Positions 60,355 to 64,000 of a stretch of DNA of 64,000 nt are shown here, one piece after another. Numbering within the stretch: position 1 is the stretch's first letter; each line of letters opens with the position of its first letter. The DNA comes from Synergistales bacterium (GTDB lineage Bacteria; Synergistota; Synergistia; Synergistales; JAFGMB01), in assembly GCA_963666205.1 (NCBI GenBank), contig OY762654.1, positions 1,408,001-1,472,000 of the forward strand, read 5' to 3'. Both the position numbers and the translations under genes were made by a program. A model generated the notes under the pieces. That model had not been told where the DNA came from, did not search any database, and worked only from the letters and a program-made list of their open reading frames with translations.

Positions 60355-60389
60355 GGGTTTCACCTCCTGATGGAATCTGATTTCAGACG

Positions 60390-61256
60390 CTATTTCACTG
60401 CTATGTCCCTGAGAATAGCCTCACGGGAGATCCTGCCCTCTTCAGCCATCACTTCAAACTTTTCGGGAGAAGAGTTTTTGAAATTCTGCAGTATTTCTAT
60501 CAATCTGTCAAGGAGAACTTCCATATTTTCATGATTTGTAGCCCACATATCAGCTGCAAGCCAGGCCGGACCTGAAGCCACCCTGGATGTATCCCTGAAA
60601 CCCCCTCCTACCATTCTGGGCAGGTTGGGAAAACTTTTTTTCTGTTCATCCGCCAGTAATGCAAGGGATGAAGCAAGTATGGTGGGGATATGGCTCACAC
60701 AGGCAAGGATCCTGTCATGTTCGACGGGATCCAGATAGACCGCATTTGAACCTATGGAGGACACTATTTCCGCAGCCAGTTCCATTGCCCGGGGATCGGT
60801 CAGACCATGGGGAACAATAGCACAGTCAGCCTTCCTGAACAGGTCGGGAGATGCATTTTCGATCCCGCTGTACTCCTTTCCTGCCATTGGATGGAGTCCT
60901 ACATAGGCCCCTCCCCAGATCCTTGACAGGGTTTCCCCTATCTCTTTTTTAGTACTCCCCACATCCATAACGGCAGCGGGGGTCTGGGCAAAAAAAGGTT
61001 TCAACATGAGACTTACCTCCTCCATGTTACGGAGGGGGACTGCCAGGATCAGTAAATCAATGGCGTCTGCAAATTCCGCAGCAGTGTAACAGGGCTCGAA
61101 CACAAAACCCATATCAAGGGCAGTTCTCAGAGCTTCGGGGTTCCGGTTCCATCCAAAAACCTGCTTTGCCGCTCCCGATCCTCCAAGGGACGCCGCAAGG
61201 GAACCTCCTATAAGACCAAGTCCTGCTATTCCAACGTTAAGATCTGATAATGTCAT
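60390..61256 (-). CDS. tyrA: Prephenate dehydrogenase
   Basis: GLGLIGGS, DVGSTK, HPMAGKE.SG, EHD...A.VSHIP, GFRDTSRVA. Confidence 0.93.
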   Translation of the reverse strand: MTLSDLNVGIAGLGLIGGSLAASLGGSGAAKQVFGWNRNPEALRTALDMGFVFEPCYTAAEFADAIDLLILAVPLRNMEEVSLMLKPFFAQTPAAVMDVGSTKKEIGETLSRIWGGAYVGLHPMAGKEYSGIENASPDLFRKADCAIVPHGLTDPRAMELAAEIVSSIGSNAVYLDPVEHDRILACVSHIPTILASSLALLADEQKKSFPNLPRMVGGGFRDTSRVASGPAWLAADMWATNHENMEVLLDRLIEILQNFKNSSPEKFEVMAEEGRISREAILRDIAVK

Positions 61257-61292
61257 ATTTTTCTCATCTTCTTTTCAGGGTAATTGTCGGGA

Positions 61293-61321
61293 ATCATAAA
61301 CTTGAGGGTCTATTGTGTCAA
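61293..61321 (-). promoter_or_regulatory. Sigma70 promoter of tyrA
   Basis: TTGACA-17 nt-TATGAT, about 36 nt before the ATG. Confidence 0.78.
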
Positions 61322-61478
61322 GGCAAACTGGAGCGAGCCTGGAAAAACCTTATGAACTCCGGACAAAACCCTATTCTCTCGCGGAGAGAAGGGAAGGGAA
61401 ATGGGAAACACGGAAGAAATCGAAATGGCTGTCTACTTGGAACTTATTGCGAAAATGGCATTAACCCCAAGTCAACCT

Positions 61479-61521
61479 GAAGATACAGGCCGGACATTAA
61501 TTCTGTCCGGCCTGTATCTTC
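61479..61521. terminator. Hairpin with an 18-bp stem after the dehydrogenase gene
   Basis: GAAGATACAGGCCGGACA...TGTCCGGCCTGTATCTTC. Confidence 0.6.
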
Positions 61522-61552
61522 CTGTTTTTTCAGCTAACTGTCCGGTGCTGGA

Positions 61553-62536
61553 CTATTTTTTCAGAACTTCTGGATTCAGAAGATCTGGCGGCGTCTTTCC
61601 TTCCAGCCCCGCAAGGAGGTTAGTCACTGCCTTGATGGCCATATCCTCTCTGGTCTTTGTACTTGCGCTTCCAAGGTGGGGCGTCATGGCGATGTTATCA
61701 AGCAGCAGAAGGGGGTCTTCGGCATCCATGGGCTCCTTCTCGAAAACATCCAGGCCGGCTCCGGCGATCCACTCCTCCTTCAAGGCTCTGGCAAGGGCTT
61801 TCTGATCAACGACAGGACCCCTGCTGGTATTGATGAGAATGGCTGTTTTCTTCATCATCTTCAGTTCCTTTTCTCCTATGAGACTCCTGGTCTCCGGAGA
61901 GAGGGGACAGTGAATAGATATAAAATCACAGGTTCCCAGGAGATCCTCAAAGGAAAGGAATGATATTCCCAGTTCTTTTTCCAGTTCCGGTCTCCTGTTC
62001 CTTCCTGTATAGCAAAGCTTCATATCAAAACCCTTTGCCCTCTTTGCCATTGCCTGGCCTATCCGGCCAAGGCCTATTATTCCAAGGGAGGATCCTGCCA
62101 CCTGCTGGCCCAGGAGCATTCTGGGACCCCAGTACCTCCAGCCTCCGGATCGCATGAGCCGTTCTCCTTCGCTCATCCTTCTGGCAGCCATAAGAAGAAG
62201 GCCAAAGGCCAGGTCTGCGGTCGCATCTGTGAGCACTCCAGGTGTATTGGTAACAAGGATGCCCTTCTCTGTGGCATAAGCCACATCTATATGATCGTAA
62301 CCCACGCTGTAACTGCTTATGATCCTCAGATTCCTGCCTGCATCAATTGCTTCCCGATCCATTTTTGTTGTCGCTCCAGGAATGGCTACCACTCCATCGG
62401 CAATGGAGATCTGTTCAAGAAAATACTCCCTTACAGGCGGCTCAATGTCTCTCCATATCTCAAAATTAGCCTTTGTCAGAAGCATATCGAGGCCTATATC
62501 GGGGATATTAGTCGCAATAAATACTCTTGGTAACAT
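61553..62536 (-). CDS. gyaR: D-2-hydroxyacid dehydrogenase (glyoxylate reductase / D-glycerate dehydrogenase)
   Basis: VGYDHID, NTPGVL, GLGRIG, INTSRG, LDVFEKEP, TPHLGSA. Confidence 0.88.
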   Translation of the reverse strand: MLPRVFIATNIPDIGLDMLLTKANFEIWRDIEPPVREYFLEQISIADGVVAIPGATTKMDREAIDAGRNLRIISSYSVGYDHIDVAYATEKGILVTNTPGVLTDATADLAFGLLLMAARRMSEGERLMRSGGWRYWGPRMLLGQQVAGSSLGIIGLGRIGQAMAKRAKGFDMKLCYTGRNRRPELEKELGISFLSFEDLLGTCDFISIHCPLSPETRSLIGEKELKMMKKTAILINTSRGPVVDQKALARALKEEWIAGAGLDVFEKEPMDAEDPLLLLDNIAMTPHLGSASTKTREDMAIKAVTNLLAGLEGKTPPDLLNPEVLKK

Positions 62537-62738
62537 GGAAGAGTCCCTCCAGTAACGGCATTCTGCCGGGCTGTCAGTATTATAACTTAACTTTTCGAAG
62601 TAGAGGATAAACGCAACGATTATACACTATACACGGTCAGGGTATTATCTAAATATTCCGAAAAAATATAATTGCTAAAACAATGTCAAGAGTTTACACT
62701 ATTCCCTATAATGCATCAAAACAATTTTAGGGGGGAAT

Positions 62739-63695
62739 TTGATGTTCAGGAAAGGTTTCAGCATCGCTTTTTGCGCTGCAGCGCTAGTCGGATTAATGGT
62801 TTGCTCCGCAGGAGCAGTGACATTTGTCAACATCGGAACGGGTAGCACGGGAGGTTCGTACTATCCGCTGGGAGCTACAATGGCCAAGATCTGGAACGAC
62901 CACATCGACGGGATCAAAGCCAGCGCACAGTCCACGGGGGGAACTGTGAACAATATCGAACTTATGGGAAGTAAAGAGGCTGATGCCGCATTCATGGACG
63001 GTCTCTATTATTATGCTTACCTGGGCAGAGGAAAGTACGAAAACAATCCTCAGAAATTCATAAGGGCAATGGTACCTCTCTATCCTGAACCAACCCAGCT
63101 TATGGTCGCCAAAGGCAGCGGGATCAAAACCCTCGCCGATTTCAGGGGCAAAAGAGTATCCATAGGCGCAGTCGCCAGTGGAACAGAGGTCACTGCAAAA
63201 CAGCTTTTAAAAGCAGCCGGAATAGATCCCGATAAGGATATCAAAGCCGAGAACCTGGGTGTAGGAGACACAGCCAAAGCATTCGGCGACAAACGCATTG
63301 ATGCAGCCGTCATGGTCGGATCCCTTGGCATGGCTGGAGTGGTAGAAGTAACTACTCTGGGACTGGTTGATTTTATCGATGTGCCGAAGGATGTCATGGA
63401 CAAGGTTATCAACGATACTCCCTACTGGGTTCCCTTCGATATCCCCGCGAACTACTACAAGGGACAGACGAACCCCGTAAAGACCTACGCAAGCTGGAAT
63501 ATTATAGCCATCAACGAAGCAGTGGATGCCGAACTTGTCTACAATATGACAAAATCGCTCTTTGAATGCAAGGAAGACCTCCTCGCAGTAAGGGCAAAAA
63601 TGGAAACAATGACTCAAGAGAACATCAAGTACATTCTTGTCCCCCTCCACGAGGGTGCAGAAAAATATTACAAGGAAGCAGGTGTTCTGAACTAG
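62739..63695 (+). CDS. TAXI family TRAP transporter solute-binding protein
   Basis: Signal peptide, TGSTGGSYYP, STGGTVNN, LYPE, PLHEGA.KYY. Confidence 0.92.
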   Translation: MMFRKGFSIAFCAAALVGLMVCSAGAVTFVNIGTGSTGGSYYPLGATMAKIWNDHIDGIKASAQSTGGTVNNIELMGSKEADAAFMDGLYYYAYLGRGKYENNPQKFIRAMVPLYPEPTQLMVAKGSGIKTLADFRGKRVSIGAVASGTEVTAKQLLKAAGIDPDKDIKAENLGVGDTAKAFGDKRIDAAVMVGSLGMAGVVEVTTLGLVDFIDVPKDVMDKVINDTPYWVPFDIPANYYKGQTNPVKTYASWNIIAINEAVDAELVYNMTKSLFECKEDLLAVRAKMETMTQENIKYILVPLHEGAEKYYKEAGVLN

Positions 63696-63774
63696 GAAGG
63701 AATAATATTCCAGGGGATAGATTCCGTAAGGTCTATCCCCTTTTTCGTGCCTTATATGTAAAGGGGTGCAGTCA

Positions 63775-64000
63775 ATGGAAAAAATAGACAAGCCGGATGA
63801 TGCTCTTATCGTCGAAAAACAGACTTTTGAAGAAGAGGATATACAGCATCTGGTAGAACAATATGATGTTGAAAGCCGTTACAGGCGCCTTGAGGGATTA
63901 CAGGGGAAAATAGTGTCCTTGTGGCTGGTGGCCATGTCCTGTTTTCACATGTATACGGCAGGAATAGGTCTTCTCCCTACTTCCATTCACAGAGCGGTAC
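63775..64000 (+). CDS. TRAP fused permease (4TM/12TM), N-terminal part; runs off the window
   Basis: MEKIDKPDD...YDVESRYRRL..., first TM ...FHMYTAGIG...IHRAV; follows the TAXI SBP. Confidence 0.8.
   Translation, partial: MEKIDKPDDALIVEKQTFEEEDIQHLVEQYDVESRYRRLEGLQGKIVSLWLVAMSCFHMYTAGIGLLPTSIHRAV

Noticed and set aside
61257-61321. Tyr leader upstream of tyrA
   Set aside because: Only about 30 nt of 5' UTR, with no Tyr-rich ORF or terminator

Overview
Bacterial chromosomal window, probably from an anaerobic Synergistota. This is inferred from a Synerg-CTERM-type sorting tail at 13842-13930 and the peptide/amino-acid fermentation gene content. I saw no rRNA, tRNA, CRISPR array or intact transposase/integrase. 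Left end (about 1.5-10.3 kb): an accessory island between two M20 amidohydrolase genes, carrying a P3A-type H+-ATPase, a three-gene type IV restriction cluster (SBD-like/HNH nuclease, McrB, McrC), a frameshifted gene remnant and dispersed hairpin repeats. Middle: housekeeping and accessory genes (Opp-type ABC operon with Xaa-Pro peptidase, exported PheC, ornithine decarboxylase, hydrolases, methyltransferases). Right (44.9-61.3 kb): a large aromatic amino-acid locus. The main findings, all absent from the ORF track, are two ribosome-dependent attenuators with cryptic leader peptides and a probable selenoprotein. The first attenuator has a Tyr/Phe/Trp-rich leader in front of aroF-aroA-aroE-aroC-aroKB-aroQ-CM. 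The second has an intercistronic Phe-rich leader that gates a signal-peptide-less PheC downstream of tyrA. The selenoprotein is an ArsM-like methyltransferase with an in-frame UGA and a SECIS-like hairpin. There is also a LacI-controlled TTT transporter coupled to a second aroA. All family assignments come from motif recognition; no database searches were run.
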